A stretch of DNA of 64,000 nucleotides from the human T2T-CHM13v2.0 reference genome, Homo sapiens (GCF_009914755.1 NC_060936.1), one strand, 5' to 3'; positions 30,151 through 43,285 are shown, counted from the stretch's first letter. Program-made: numbers and translations. Notes: generated by a model from the letters alone, not told the origin.

Positions 30151-30370
30151 TTTTGTTGTTGTTGTTGTTGTTGTTAAGATGGGGTCTTGATGTTGCCAAA
30201 GCTGGCATGCAGTGGTGCAATTATAGCTTACAGTACCCTCAAAGTCCTGGGCTCAAGTGATCCTCCTGTCTCAGCTTCCTTAGTAGCTGGGACTATAGGT
30301 GAGCACCACTATGATGCTAATTTAAAAATTTATTTTTGTAGAGATGAGGTCTCACTTTGCTGCCCAGGCT
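30151..30370 (-). mobile_element. 5'-truncated AluJ with (CAA)n tail
   Basis: Right arm plus part of left arm; TSD agtagggcca at 30139-30148 and 30371-30380. Confidence 0.9.
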
Positions 30371-30574
30371 AGTAGGGCCAATTCTTAAGGATATTTAAGG
30401 GAAAAGAAAACTAATTAAAATAAGCTTATTTAAAAATTACATATCAAGTTTTTAGTACCTAGTGTATGTGTATAAGTCATTGAGTGAGGCACTGAGTAGC
30501 TAAACAGAATAAAGTGACTCCAGCCTAGTTGTGTGGGTTTGACAGACAAGCAGATTTATAACTACAAGAAATAT

Positions 30575-31126
30575 CCATGGAATATTATTTAACCACAAAA
30601 AGAATGAAATCATGTCATTTGCAGCAACATGAATAGAACTGGAGGTCATTATGTGAAATGAAATAAGCCATGCTCAAAAAGACAAATATTGCGTGTTCTC
30701 ACTCATATGTGGAAGCTTAAAAAGCTGATCTCATGAAGTTAGAAAGTAGAATGATAGAGGCCAGGAAGGGTGGGTGGGTGGGGATAGAGAGGTTGAGGGG
30801 GATAAAGAGAGGCCAGGAAGGGTGGGTGGGTGGGGGAGATAAAGAGAGGCTGATTCATGGGTAGAAACACAACTAGATGGAAGGAATATGTTCTAATATT
30901 TGATAGCAGAGTTGGGTAACTGTAGTTAACAACAAATACATTGTATATTTCAAAACAGCTGGAAAAGAGGACTTGAAATAATCCCAGCATATAGAAATGA
31001 TAAGTACTCAAGGCACTGGACATCTCAAATACCCTGACTTGGTTATGACACAGTCAGTGCATATAACAGAATATCACATGTACCCCATAAATATGTATAA
31101 ATATTATGTATCAATAATAAAAAAAA
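30575..31126 (+). mobile_element. L1MA-type 3' end, inserted in an L2 remnant (~30420-31510)
   Basis: 'aagaatgaaatcatgtcatttgcagcaacatg...gtaccccataaatatgtataaatattatgtatcaat' plus A tail. Confidence 0.88.
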
Positions 31127-32299
31127 GAAGTATGCATAGGTTGTCATAAGGGCATATAAACGAATGAAGAGAGAGGCAGAAGCCATTTAAACAGAGCCTT
31201 TAAGGATGACTAAGAGTTATTCAGGGAGAAAAAGGGGAAGGGGGAATTGGTAACAAAACATACAACAGTTCAGTAGGGTGAGGGATTAAGTGGAGAGGGA
31301 ATGTGTGTCATCAAGGTGGCTTCCGTATGTGGTGCATAGACCGGTAATGGCATGGCTCTGCAGAACTCTGTGGAGAGTCAAGTGGACCCTGTGAGCCACA
31401 GAAGCCACTACAGGCCTGCAGCGCAAGGGCCACACTATGACTTGCTTAATGGAAAGAGCACTCTAGCCTCAATGTGAACAGTGCAAGGAGAGCAGTTTTC
31501 TGAAGAGTGGGAACACATCAGTGTTTTAGGACCCATCTTCTGGCCTTCTTTTGTTCTCCCTCCTTCCTTCCTAAGTTTGCTCCTCTCTTTCTATCTCCTT
31601 CCTTGGTGTCTGTTTCCTTTCCAGTGTTCATCTTTTTCTTCTATTTCTTTCAGCTTTCATTTTTTATTTTTCTTCTTTTCCATCTTCATTGTGTTTTCCA
31701 GTCTCCCACTTACCATTTATCCATTAAAAAATCCACATCTTTTTTAAATTTCTCATAAAATACATTGCCTTGTTGCCCATTTACTGCTTCAAGAGAAAAT
31801 GGATACTACCTAGGACTAAAAGGATAGTAATTGAGCTTGATCAATGTCCTAAGTTGATTTTGTTTTGGCCCAATTGTCTCAAAAGGCAACTTTGCCAACA
31901 AGACAAAGGGATGTTTTAAACTCTAAAAGAACTTCTCTTTAGATATTGAGAACCAATGTTTAAGAACTAACATAGAATAAATCACAGAGGGAAGAAGAAC
32001 TCAGGTTCAACTCAATGGAAATATCCATTCACTCAAACACCCTTTCTACTAGGTGAACAGGAGAGGCGGGAACATAGAAGAGAAAGGCAGGGAAAGGAGA
32101 CCCTCACAAGAAACTAAAATACCTTTAGTTGTCAAATTTAAGGATGCTGTTATTTCCATTTCCCCCATCATTACCAGGAATAGAGATTTCAGAGCAAGAA
32201 GAGGTAAGTTAAAGAAAATATAGACAAGTAAGAGCCCCCAACTCCATACCTGCAAGCACTTTTATCACCATTTTAATTTTAATGAATAATAAATGTGTG

Positions 32300-32301
<2 letters not shown>

Positions 32302-32330
<29 letters not shown>

Positions 32331-32582
32331 GAGATGGAGTCTCACTCTGTCACCCAGGCTGGAGTGCGGTGGTGCAATCTTGGCTCATTGCAACCTCTGT
32401 CTCCCGGGCTCAAGCAATTCTCTGCCTCAGTCTCCCAGTAGCTGGAACTGCAGGCACCCACCACCACACCCAGCTAATCATTATTATTTTTTTAATTTTT
32501 TGTAGAGACGGGGTTTCACCATCTTGGCCAGGCTGGTCTTGAACTCCTGACCTCGTGATCCACCCACCTCAGCCTCCCAAAG
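32302..32582 (-). mobile_element. AluSg/Sc-like lacking its first ~35 nt
   Basis: Long poly(T); ends at 'cctcccaaag'; flanked by taaatgtg at 32290 and 32583. Confidence 0.92.
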
Positions 32583-32663
32583 TAAATGTGGTTTAATGGA
32601 TGTTTTTAAAGTACAGATTATATTATTAAATTGCCTGGCTTTCAGTTTTTTAATTTAAGCCAG

Positions 32664-33032
32664 TGTATTAGTTTGTTTCACTCTGCTGTAAAGAACTACT
32701 TGAGACTAGGTAATTTATTAAGAAAATAACTTTAATTGATTCACAGTTCCACATGGCTGGAAACGCCTCAGAAAACTTAACTTACAATCATGGCAGCAGG
32801 TGAAGGAGAAGCAAGCACCTTCTTCACAAGGTGGCAGGAGAGAGAGAGTGAGGGGGAAGTGCCATGCTTTCAAACCATCAGATCTCATGAGAACTCAGTC
32901 ACTATCACCAAAACAGCATGGGGGGAAATCCGCCCCTAGGATCCAATCACCTCCCACCAGGTCCCTCCTCTGACACATGGGGATTACAATTTGATATAAG
33001 AATTGGGTGGGACACACAGCCAAACCGTATCA
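32664..33032 (-). mobile_element. THE1D/MSTA solo LTR
   Basis: tgtattagt...aaccgtatca; perfect TSD gccag at 32659-32663 and 33033-33037. Confidence 0.92.
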
Positions 33033-33689
33033 GCCAGGATAGTACAAGAGTTCTTATTTATCTTTCAGTAATATTAATGAACATCTGTTATATCTTGTTT
33101 ACATTTGTTTTGCATTTGTTGTGGCCCCTAATTTATTTTGGTTTTATGTAGCTATGGCTCTTGATGTATTTGCTATGACACAGACCCATTGCCTGATATA
33201 TTATGATCTTATGATTATGACATTAGGTGAAGGGCTGCCATTTTTATTAATTCCTTTCAGCAGCAGGTGTTGAGAAAAGGAGAGAGTACTTTTGGCTTGC
33301 TCATGGCCCCAGGCAATCCGGCTGCTGACTTTGCTTTCATTCGGTATATTTAAGTTTCAGGTCAGGCTGAAGGACTTAAAAAAGGGAGAGCAAGTAAGGA
33401 AGGGAAATATAGTAACATTCTAGATTTGGATGGAAGCTGAGAAACATTTATCCTCAGGATTAAATATGCCCCTTACCTTAGGTCTTAGCCCAGTGATACA
33501 GCATCATTTCCTGCCCATTGTAATTTAACGTGGGTGCTCCCTTGCCCTCTGGTTCCTTTTTCATGTGAGAAGCATTCCCCAATGATAATGAAATTTTCTT
33601 TCCTTAAGGTTTTTATTTCCATGGATGACCCATATTTCAAACAGGAAGCACATACTCTTTCTATTAGTGTTCAGTTTTCTGTATATTTC

Positions 33690-33920
33690 TTTTAAACAAA
33701 TGTAATGAGCAACTAAAGTATATTACGTACCACTGGAAGAAACTGCAGAGAACAGAAAGCTGCCTAAGACAGAAACCTTGTGCCCTCAAGGAGACACAAA
33801 ACATGTACACAAGTCTGTTATCAGCCAGGCAAGTCCTAAGAGGGCAGAGGTGATAAGGACCAAAGAGATGAGGGACTGTACCTTGGCAGTGAGTGGTTTA
33901 TGGGATATGTCCTTACTTTT
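33690..33920 (-). mobile_element. L2 3' fragment
   Basis: 'aacaaatgtaatgagcaactaa...ccttgtgccctcaaggag'. Confidence 0.5.
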
Positions 33921-36237
33921 TAGAGTAATAGACTCACATAAACTACCAGAGGAGAGGTTTTCTATCCTTATAGCATCTGTGCATAATCCTGAAAGTGGTC
34001 CTCATAGGAAGCCACAGAGGAAGGTGGCAAAAATATCCAGGGATTGGTTCTCCAGGAATCCCATTTGGGCTGCTCTGGGTTTACTTAAGCACATTTTTAT
34101 CTTCTTGAAAACAAACTACATAAAGGACATAAAGAACTTTGGGGAAAACATATTTCCAAACAAGAATCTAGTTTGAGCTAGAACTCGGTGTAGAGCGGGC
34201 ACTCCATATCCACACTGCCCATCTGGTAGTGGAGGGTGTAGCTGCTGGCATCATGGTCTGAGGAGGCTGGGGTGCAAACTTGAGCATCTGGGCATGAGCT
34301 TAGAAAGATCCTTGATATGTGATGGGTTGAGGATGGGGGTGAGCATGACCTGCAATCTTCTTCCCAATCTGCTTGGGAGCTCAGCATTGTGAGAAGCCAG
34401 ACCAGCAATTCTGAATATCCCAAGATGGACTTAGTCTTTGCCTACTGATAGTTTAATATAAATGAAGCCAAAATACTGGAGCATTAAATAAAATGAGAAA
34501 GTTGGTGACATTTACTAGATAAAGGGGCTTACAGTGTAGCATTTATATTTAGATTCAACTTGTGATTAAAGTCTTCCAAAAAGACAGCAATTTTGAGAAA
34601 GGCATAGTTGGAGAGCTTGGCAGAAAGCCAAGTGATGAAAACAGAGTGTTATAGTAGAGAAGATAGAATGAAAGAATGTGCTAGAAGTCTGAAACAATGG
34701 GAAAAGTGAAGGTAAACAACCTAAGCCTACTTCATTTGGCCACAAAGCTTTTGACTTTCATTGAAAGGTGGAGAAAGGGGAGAAGATATTCCAATACAAT
34801 ACAAAATCCACTCAAACTTGATTCTTGAAATAGATCCTTTCAATATAGTGAATTGGGAATTAGAGGATGAAGTTAGAGCAGCAATAGATTAACAGTTAGG
34901 CCTTAGGGAACAACAAAGTTTTACTTACAGATACACAGAAAAGAGGAATTATCAAATTGACATTTATTTTCTTTTCATTTGCTTCTAAACTTTCTTTTTT
35001 GCAGTATCATGTTATGACTCACATTTTCTACCTATGTTACACTTCCATAAAAACCTAATAATTTTTCTGGTTTGGGTTGATTCGCTCTGTTTTTCAAGTG
35101 AGAAAAAACGGTCAAGGGAAGAATGTAGAGGAAGGTGATATATATATATCAGTTTCATCAGGTGCCGTGTGTTTGCTTGAGTCATGGATGCAGCACAGAG
35201 GAAACTATTATAATTTCAACAAAACAATAGAAATACTCAAGTTGTGGAAAGAAAACTTAAATTTCATACTTGTCAATCAAAATTAGAATTTTAGTGAGAC
35301 ACTGCAAAACTAACAATGTCGATAATTTAGATATGTATTAATTACATCTCCAACTGATCTGACTATAAAATTGGAAAATCATAAGGTAACTGACTAGATG
35401 ATTTTAATCGGCTGATTGAATATCAGCCACTGGAGTGGTACCTGACTGTGTTAATGATTGAGCAATAATTTGTGGTTTTTCCTCCTTTTTCAAATTACCA
35501 TTAGAAAAATATCTTACGTAAATTCTAAGTAGGCTTCCAAATGCATTTTGATCATTATTTTGAAGGAGATATCTGGAATTTTTGGAAGCTTGTTTTTGTT
35601 TTTTATAGAGCAAAGGGCATAAGCCAAAATCAAACAGTGATTTATTTACTTAGAAAAGCTAATTATAAAGTTCAAAAGTCATACAAATGTCTCTCTGTAA
35701 TGATATGTGATTCTGTGAAACAAAATCTTTTGAATCTTCCATTCATTTTGGTAATTCTTGATACAAGAACAAAGGGATCATCAAAAAAAAAAAAAAAAAA
35801 AAAAAAGGAAGCTGGAAGAGACCTGAACAACCATTTTCCTCACGTAAGTAAACCAAAACCTAAAAAGGTTAAGTGAATGAATGAGTTACACAGCTAATAG
35901 CAGGAGGACTCTGCTGTGTGAAAGTCTTTAAAATAACTCTCCACAGCATTCACAGTAACCTAACAACCTGTCACAAGCACCTAACAACCTGCCATAATCT
36001 GCCTCTTCATTCCTTTCCGGCCCATCTTCTACCTGTAGTCCAAAACTTCCACGTGTAGTCTTTGCTCTAACCATTGGTTACCCAAATATATGCTGTTTCT
36101 TGCTTTGCATTTATAATTGGCTACCTAGATGGCTACACTTTCCTTCTGATTTGCTGAGCTAGCCACTATTTTTTTTTTTTTCCTGAAAAACGCTCCCTGA
36201 CTCACTAGAATGACTTCCACAGCCCACCTCTTGGTTT

Positions 36238-36565
36238 CTGCGGCCCTCTCCATCCATGGGTTTTGCATCTCACAGGTTCAACCAACCTCAAATCAAAAAC
36301 ATTTGGAAAAAAACAATTAAAACTTACAATAGAATAATAAATAATACAAATTTTAAGAAAACAATACAGTGTAACAACTATTTACATAGCATTTACAATG
36401 TATTAGCTATAAGTAATCTAGAGATGATTTAAAGCATGCAGAAGGATATACATAAGCTACATGCACATACTATGCCATTTTACATAAGAGACTTGAACAA
36501 TCACAGATTTTGGTATCCCTGGGGGGTCCTGAAACAAAACCCCCGTGGATATGGAAGGATGACTG
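36238..36565 (+). mobile_element. Tigger3a/MER2-group DNA transposon
   Basis: 'aacaactatttacatagcatttacaatgtattag...aatctagagatgatttaaag'; terminal 'ggatgactg' followed by TA. Confidence 0.85.
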
Positions 36566-37539
36566 TACTTCCCTCATAATCTTACCATGCCCTATCTTAA
36601 ATGTCTTACTAGAATACAGCTCGTTGAGTGCAGAAGCTATTTGAATTTGTACAACCATAAAAACATTAATGATTATAATAATAGTTAACATTTGTTGAGT
36701 ACTAACAATGAATATAGACTGTTCTAATTGTTTTATTGGTATCAACTTATTCTTAAGCACAGTGTCTAGCACAGAAACAATAGGTAATTTTTGGTTGATT
36801 GTTGGAAGTAATGCATCTATGCAGGAATGACATTAGTGCTAGAATGATGTCCTCAATAATTCTCAGTCCAGAGATTTTGGTAGCTTCTACTGCTGGTTAT
36901 CTAATCTTCACACAGATGGAACTGGATGTGAAAGATTGTTTGCCTACCCTTTTCTTGTGGATGTTGGAATCCACAAGTTAGAGAGAGGATTATATAAACC
37001 TTACTGATGTAGATGCAACTATTATAATTTGGCTTAGAAAACTTGGAAACTCAGGAAAAGGGTCTTCTTTATAGTGACATTATGGTTTACTACAGGAGTT
37101 TTCTAGCTAAACTGAAAACATTTTATGCCTAGACAGACTAATATAGATAGTTAGTCAGCCCATACTCTAAAATTTACACCAATTTCTTCATATCTGCAAG
37201 ACCTGAGGTATTAAGTGAAATTTACCAAACTCTCTTTCTGCTCACGATTCTCTTTATTTCCATGAGATTATGTATTTGCAATGCCAGGGAAGGTGCATTT
37301 TTAAAAAAGTCACATCTGTAGAATAATGCTTATGTGTCATTGTACATAGAACCTTTACCAAAATACCTGGCACCATCATTTCTTTTTGTATTTAGCAAAT
37401 AAAGTGGAATGAAGGAAATCATGTTGATGAAAACCAGTACACATTTAAAATGTCATTCAAGTGCCATGGTAGTTAGAATAAATATTCAGCTGAAAAAGAA
37501 AGTTTTCAAATTTTGCTGACTCAGCCTAGAGCCCAGATC

Positions 37540-37682
37540 AGTGGGTGAAGTGGGGTGGTCCTTGACCCCTGAAATAGTGTGCAAAAATGTGGATTTGCAT
37601 GTTTATGTTTAGGAGAGTGGTTCTGAGGCTTTTACTAGGTAGTCAAAGGGGTCTGTGTCTCTCTAATGATTAAGAACCACCA
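37540..37682. mobile_element. MER103-like hAT-Charlie fragment
   Basis: 'caaaggggtctgtgtctctctaatgattaagaaccac' matches the Charlie-type end. Confidence 0.55.
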
Positions 37683-39359
37683 CCGTCAAGCTTGCCATCC
37701 AGCTTGTGAACCTCTGCAATATGGGTTAGGAGTCCGTCCTTTAAAAGCATTCGTTTCAAAGGCAAAATTTAGTAAGTTCAATAAACTGTGTGCTCAGGTG
37801 GTCCTGCTCAGGTCAAGGGTTGGTTGGCTAATCATGTGCAAGAGCATTGTCTTTGTTTACTACACTGTAACAAACTTGTCTGTTTCTCTTACTGTCCTTG
37901 CATCTTGTTTGGATTTCGTAGGTTAAAATAAAAAGGTCCTCATGAAAGGGTTTCTTTTCTAAATTGGGCTCTATTAAAAACTACCAATAATTTGGAAGCT
38001 ATTAGGTAACCTTTGTTTATCGACACAAAAGGAAGCTTACCATCCCAGATTCTATGGTGATGAATAGAAACCATGCCATAAACTGGAATTGTAACTTTTC
38101 ACTATGGTCATCGTTTGGATCATCATTCAGATTCATAACATTTATAGAACTTTTATTTTGAGATTTTAAATAAACACGTCTATTCTTGCTGTGAAGGTCT
38201 TTACATTTCTTTTTTCTGTTTAGGACTGTTTAGGGCTATGAATTCCCTAAAACTATACCAATGTGATTATAGAACTGAGATTCTGAGGTAAAAAAGTTGA
38301 GAAATTCATATTTGTATGTGTATTAAATAAAATAATTATTTCCAAAAGCTACATATTGTTTTAGCAGCTCAAAATCAAAGCATTCTAGTATTCACTTTTT
38401 TAAGGTAGGAAATTATTTTTTATTCTGTATTGCTCAAACACAAAGCAAATTACTGATATTTTTTATTTTACATGAAAAGGATACTCTCACAACTGAGAAG
38501 ATATTAATCTAACGGCTTGTGGCCTTTTTCTAAGAATTTAACGTTCAGATTCTTGAAGAACCTTAAGTTCATTCTTTATTTTTTTTAAGATGTTTATTTC
38601 GCTTATGATATAGTTGCTTTTCATACAGTGATTTTTGTAGTTTAAAAAAATGTTTAAATATTGGGTAAAATTTGCCATTGTTGTTACTGTTAAAATAATG
38701 TTTAGAAATACTTACTGAAACTCACTCATTAAAACAGTAAATATGAAAAGCACATTATTGGATATTTAATATTTAAACATATTGAGAAATGGGTACTATA
38801 AAAGATGAAAGCGATTGATGGTAGGCCTGGACTAAACAATCTTAAAGGCAGCTTCTAGCTTTATGATTTTAGACTTTTACCACTGGAAAAAAAATGATGG
38901 CTGTGTTTCCCACCAACTGTCTAAAGCACCAACTTAAGTGTACATCAGTGTAATGCTTTTTATTTGAATAAGCAACAAGAGTTGCTTATTGATAACTTGT
39001 TACTGCCTTCTTTATGCTAACAAATTGTCCAAAGAGGCACTTGAGAAATTCAGATAAGCATCATAATCTATTCAAGGGGTTGGGTTTTGTTCAAAGATAA
39101 ATAATCAAATAGAGTTAAAATAAGAAAAGAATTAGACTAATTCACATCCTGTATTTCTTTATCTGTCGTTTGACGAATATGTGCCTTCAAGATTTTAAAT
39201 GTGTATTTGTATTGACTCAGTGATTTGTTGCAATAGGTTTCTGTTCCTCAGAATTTTCTTCATAATGGCCATGTTAAGCCCTTCTTAACCTGTTGCTAGC
39301 GGGTCTGTTGCATTTCAGGTTGCTTATACTATTAAAAGACCAGACCCTTATATTATACC

Positions 39360-39857
39360 TTGATAAATAATTTTCTCCCAGTGATTACTTATTTACCTTA
39401 TTTTAGTTTTTCCTAAATCTGCTAAAAACTTAATGAGCTTTTCATTCAAGCCTGATATATTGACCCTATTTTTAGTGATGGTTTTAAACCACTTCTTTGC
39501 TTTTCTCAAGGTAACCTTGGTGATATTGTTACATTTGTTCATTATCATTTTTTATGCAGCAACTATCTCTATTGATTTGTCTGTGGCCTTTGATTCGATG
39601 AATCACAACATATTGCTATTTGAGTGTCCCTCAATTTGGCAAAGTTTAACTACAGTGGAATGGTTCTCAGGCTACATTAGTGAATAAACCCCAGTCGTTT
39701 TGTTTAATGGTGTTGAATCTGAGGTGAAAATGTTACATTCAAAGTTACCTCCGGAGCTAATTATGGGGCTTTTTACTTTTTCAGTTTTTATTAATGACCT
39801 GCCGACATCATACAGTTCATGAAATGCTCTGGATGTGTACATGCTGATGATACGACC
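39360..39857 (+). mobile_element. Ancient non-LTR retrotransposon RT fossil (CR1/L2 group; Crack/Daphne-like)
   Basis: IDLSVAFDSMNHNILL...WFSGYISE*...FNGVES...LPPELIMGLFTFSVFINDLP in one frame at 39571-39804, then HADDT at 39840-39854 after a frameshift. Confidence 0.85.
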
Positions 39858-40759
39858 TCAGACCCAGCAAGAGCTCAGGCAAGTGTGCAGGCATTGTGTG
39901 TTTAAACTAGAGATTCATTGAGTGATGCTCACAACACAGATACAAATTTTGCCCCAAGTATACAGGCTCACAATTTTTTTTCTAACTACACAGAGCAATC
40001 CTGGATAATTTTATATTTGCCTACTTTATAAATGGAGGTAGGAGCACAACTAGCTGAAATAGATGATGAAATGATGAAATGTGTATCTGGGCTTTTATAT
40101 ACCATCCTATTCCCATATCAAATGTAATATAATTTTAGGTGGTAAAAACTTAACATTTCACGAGCGTGCTATTTCCCACTGAATAATTTTTTAAAAAATT
40201 GGTTGTTTATACCCATCTCTCTGAATGTAAATATGAAGGTAATGCCCCAGAATGCTCTTTTCTTAAATTTGGAAAATTACCAAGGAGGAAAATATTCTCT
40301 GCAGTAGCACAGCATTCTTTGAGACTAACTTGTCAATTACAATTTTGTATTCATCCAAGTGATAAAACACATGTAAGGCCTGAATGCTCACTGGGTATAG
40401 TCCATATCTTTAGAAGTAACTTCTCAACTCACAGAAGTCTCCCTTCACTGCCTCCTTTGTAGACGGCAGGACTCTGGACCACATTTAATATTATAAGATT
40501 CCCTGAACTTCCCTTGGACCAAAGCAGAGGAATTGAGTTTGTAGATGGAAACAGAAGAACAAACCAAGTTTGAATGGATGACCTTTGCGGCTGGGTTTTC
40601 AGTATGTCTTGGGTCAGAGGCAGCCAGACATTCTGTTCTGAGAGCTCTTCAGATGCTCATAATGAACCTCTCTTGTCTGTAGAAGTTGTGCATGTACTAA
40701 TGACATAGAGATGTGAGGGACAGTTTCTGTACTCAAGGAGCTTATATTCCCATGTCAAT

Positions 40760-41010
40760 AGTAGTTAAAGGAATATGTTTTGAGCAAGGCTGCCTGGTTT
40801 CAATTTCTGGTTCTGCCACCTGGCAGAGTAACATTGGGCCAGTGGCTTATCCTTTTTGGCTTCAGTTTCCTCATCACTAATATACATTTCATAATCATAC
40901 CTCCCTCATGGAGTTTTTGAGGGTCCAATTTGATAATACATGTAGGGGGCTTACAAAAGTGACACACATTGAAAGTACTGAATAAGTGTTTAGCCATGAT
41001 TATTATTAAA
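40760..41010 (+). mobile_element. MIR
   Basis: 'ttgggccagtggcttatcctttttggcttcagtttcctcatc...aataagtgtttagccatgattattatt'. Confidence 0.85.
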
Positions 41011-41149
41011 GAAATAAGCATTCTACAATAAGGTAAGTGCCACAGAAGTAGAAACGAAACACTCTGAGAGCACACGATGAGAATCAATTATATCTTAAGG
41101 AAATGATGTTGGCTGGAAGAGAACTTCATAGAAGAGATGAAATTGTAAA

Positions 41150-41410
41150 ATACTAATAGCCATTCTTTATTGCACAGTTGCTATGTTATAGGCACTGGAC
41201 TGAGCACCTCAAAGACTGATTTAGTTCTCACAACAATGCTCTGTTTAATGTTTCTCCTTTTACAGAGGACACAGAGGCTCAGGAAGACTGAGTAATTTGC
41301 CACAGGTCCTAAAGCCGGGAGGTGGTAGAGCTGGGATGCAGCTGGAGTCAGTTCTAGATTCACACCTAGGTTTAAGTGCACTGATGCTCATGCTCCTAAC
41401 AACTATATAA
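41150..41410 (-). mobile_element. MIR
   Basis: 'ccttttacagaggacacagaggctcaggaagactgagtaatttgcc'. Confidence 0.75.
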
Positions 41411-41429
41411 CAGTTCCTTTTCCCTTAAG

Positions 41430-41960
41430 CTTATCTTCAAAGGATGCATGTGAGTTTGCTGGTTGAAGAAGGGTGCTAGGCGGAGAATAATTTGACACGG
41501 TGGGGAAAATACGTGCAAAAGTAACAAAGGTGTGAAAATAGGCAACAAGAGTTTGGGGATGACATGGTAAAAGGCCATTTAGGTCATGCTAAAAAGCTTG
41601 GATTCCGGCTTGGGAATAGTGGAGAGCCAATCAGATGTGCATGTGAGAGAAGAATCAGAGTGGGCATTGGTTCTGGATGGATTGGAGGGCCATGACATTT
41701 GGAGGTGGGAAGCCTTTAGAAAGAGGTTTATTATATCAGTCTGGGCAAGAAATAGTGAGAGCTTGAAGTTAGGAAGTGAGGGGAGAATTAGAGTAGCAAC
41801 AACCGATTTGAGAGGCTTTTCAGTAGCCGATTGAACAAGGTTTGACACCTGATGGCATCAGTGAGGGAGAGGTAGGCTGAGGCTGACTCAGGTCTCAGGC
41901 CCCGTGGCTAGTGGTTGAAATGAATGGAGATGGTAAATAGAAGCAGCTTACATAAAATCC
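41430..41960 (-). mobile_element. L2 fragment
   Basis: Purine-rich reverse L2 ('aggtcatgctaaaaagcttggatt', 'cagtctgggcaagaaatagtgagagcttg'). Confidence 0.6.
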
Positions 41961-42719
41961 ATTTAAGGATTTGTTAGGTAAAATCAGTGTTAAGAAATAG
42001 CAAAATTTCTAAAGGAGGTGTTGAGGATATGAGGGGGTGTTTTCAGAGAAGATTTACATTTGACAATGCAAACTTCTATTGTCTGTAAGAAGAGCAAAGG
42101 AGAAACTAAAGGTACCAGCACCTTGGAAATTTTCCAATTGCCATTACAGGCTCTTAGAGGGTCAGCGGAAATGGCAAGTACGCACAACTTTCAATTACAG
42201 TAAAAGCTCACTGATTTGGATTAATTGGGGTAAAGGGCAGCCTGACTAAATAAAAGTCTGATTTATAGAAAAAATTTAAATAAATTCAGTTTGATTATTT
42301 TTAAGTATTTTAAGCTAACTCTGTTTTTATTTAAAATGTCAAATTGCCAAGGATGATTTGTGAATAAGATAAAAAAGACCCAATATAAAGGGCAATTATA
42401 TTAATTAATTAATTAGATAAATATTTAGTGCCCATCATATGCCAGGCAATAGTGACCATAAATGATGCCTCTAAGTGTCACAATCACTTTATGTTTAAAA
42501 ATAACCATTTTCCTTTTTTCTTGCAGATCCAAATCTTTAAAAGGCATACATATCTGAAAAATTGGTCTCAAAATGAGTTGCCTTGTAAGCCTTTTCTTGT
42601 TTTCTAAAAAGGAGAAAGTTCTCCACTTAGATAATCACAATTCGTGAAAGAGAACTTAAGGAGGTTTTCCTGTACCAGAGACTCCTATGGGTCTCTATGC
42701 TTCTATTTTTACAACTTTT

Positions 42720-43285
42720 CAGTCCATCTTCCTGTAGTGGGCATTGTTTCTAAAAGGCAAAACTGACCCTGTTGATTCCAGGTTTCAGCTCCTCCCATTT
42801 TGGGTATTATCTACAGGATAAAATCCAAGCAAGTTCTTTGGCATAGAATTCAAGGCTGGTCACATCACAATTCTTATCTCTCTCTATGTAATGAACTCAA
42901 AATTTCCACCTGCCTTGCTTCTCACACCCCGCTGCTCCTTGTGTCTGTATTTTTGCATATGCTGTTCCATCTGTTTAGCAGTCCCTTCCTATTTTGTCTT
43001 TGAACTTATATTCATTCTTCAAAACCTTGCTTAGGAGGTACTTCCTGTTTTCTTTCCCTTCTAGACAGAATGACTCATTCCTTTGTCTGTTTCACTTCTG
43101 TGATTCTAATATTGCTTGTATCACATGGACATTTGTTTATTTGTTTAAATGTGTCTCTCCCTCACTAGACTACAGATTCCTTGAGGTCAAGGGCCTTGTG
43201 GCATTTAACTTTGTCTCTATGTACCAAGCACAGCACCAAACACAAGATAGACACTAATAAGTTAATTACCGAATTGAATTGAGCA
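42720..43285 (+). mobile_element. L2 3' region
   Basis: 'caggataaaatccaag...ctagactacagattccttgaggtcaagggcc...gaattgaattg'. Confidence 0.75.

Noticed and set aside
38967-38990. 10-bp inverted repeat aataagcaac-aaga-gttgcttatt
   Set aside because: Short and AT-rich, plausible by chance; orientation is opposite to an RFX X-box.
42505-42590. Strong acceptor 'ttttttcttgcag' with a downstream gtaag
   Set aside because: Weak donor context, no coding signal; such sites are common.
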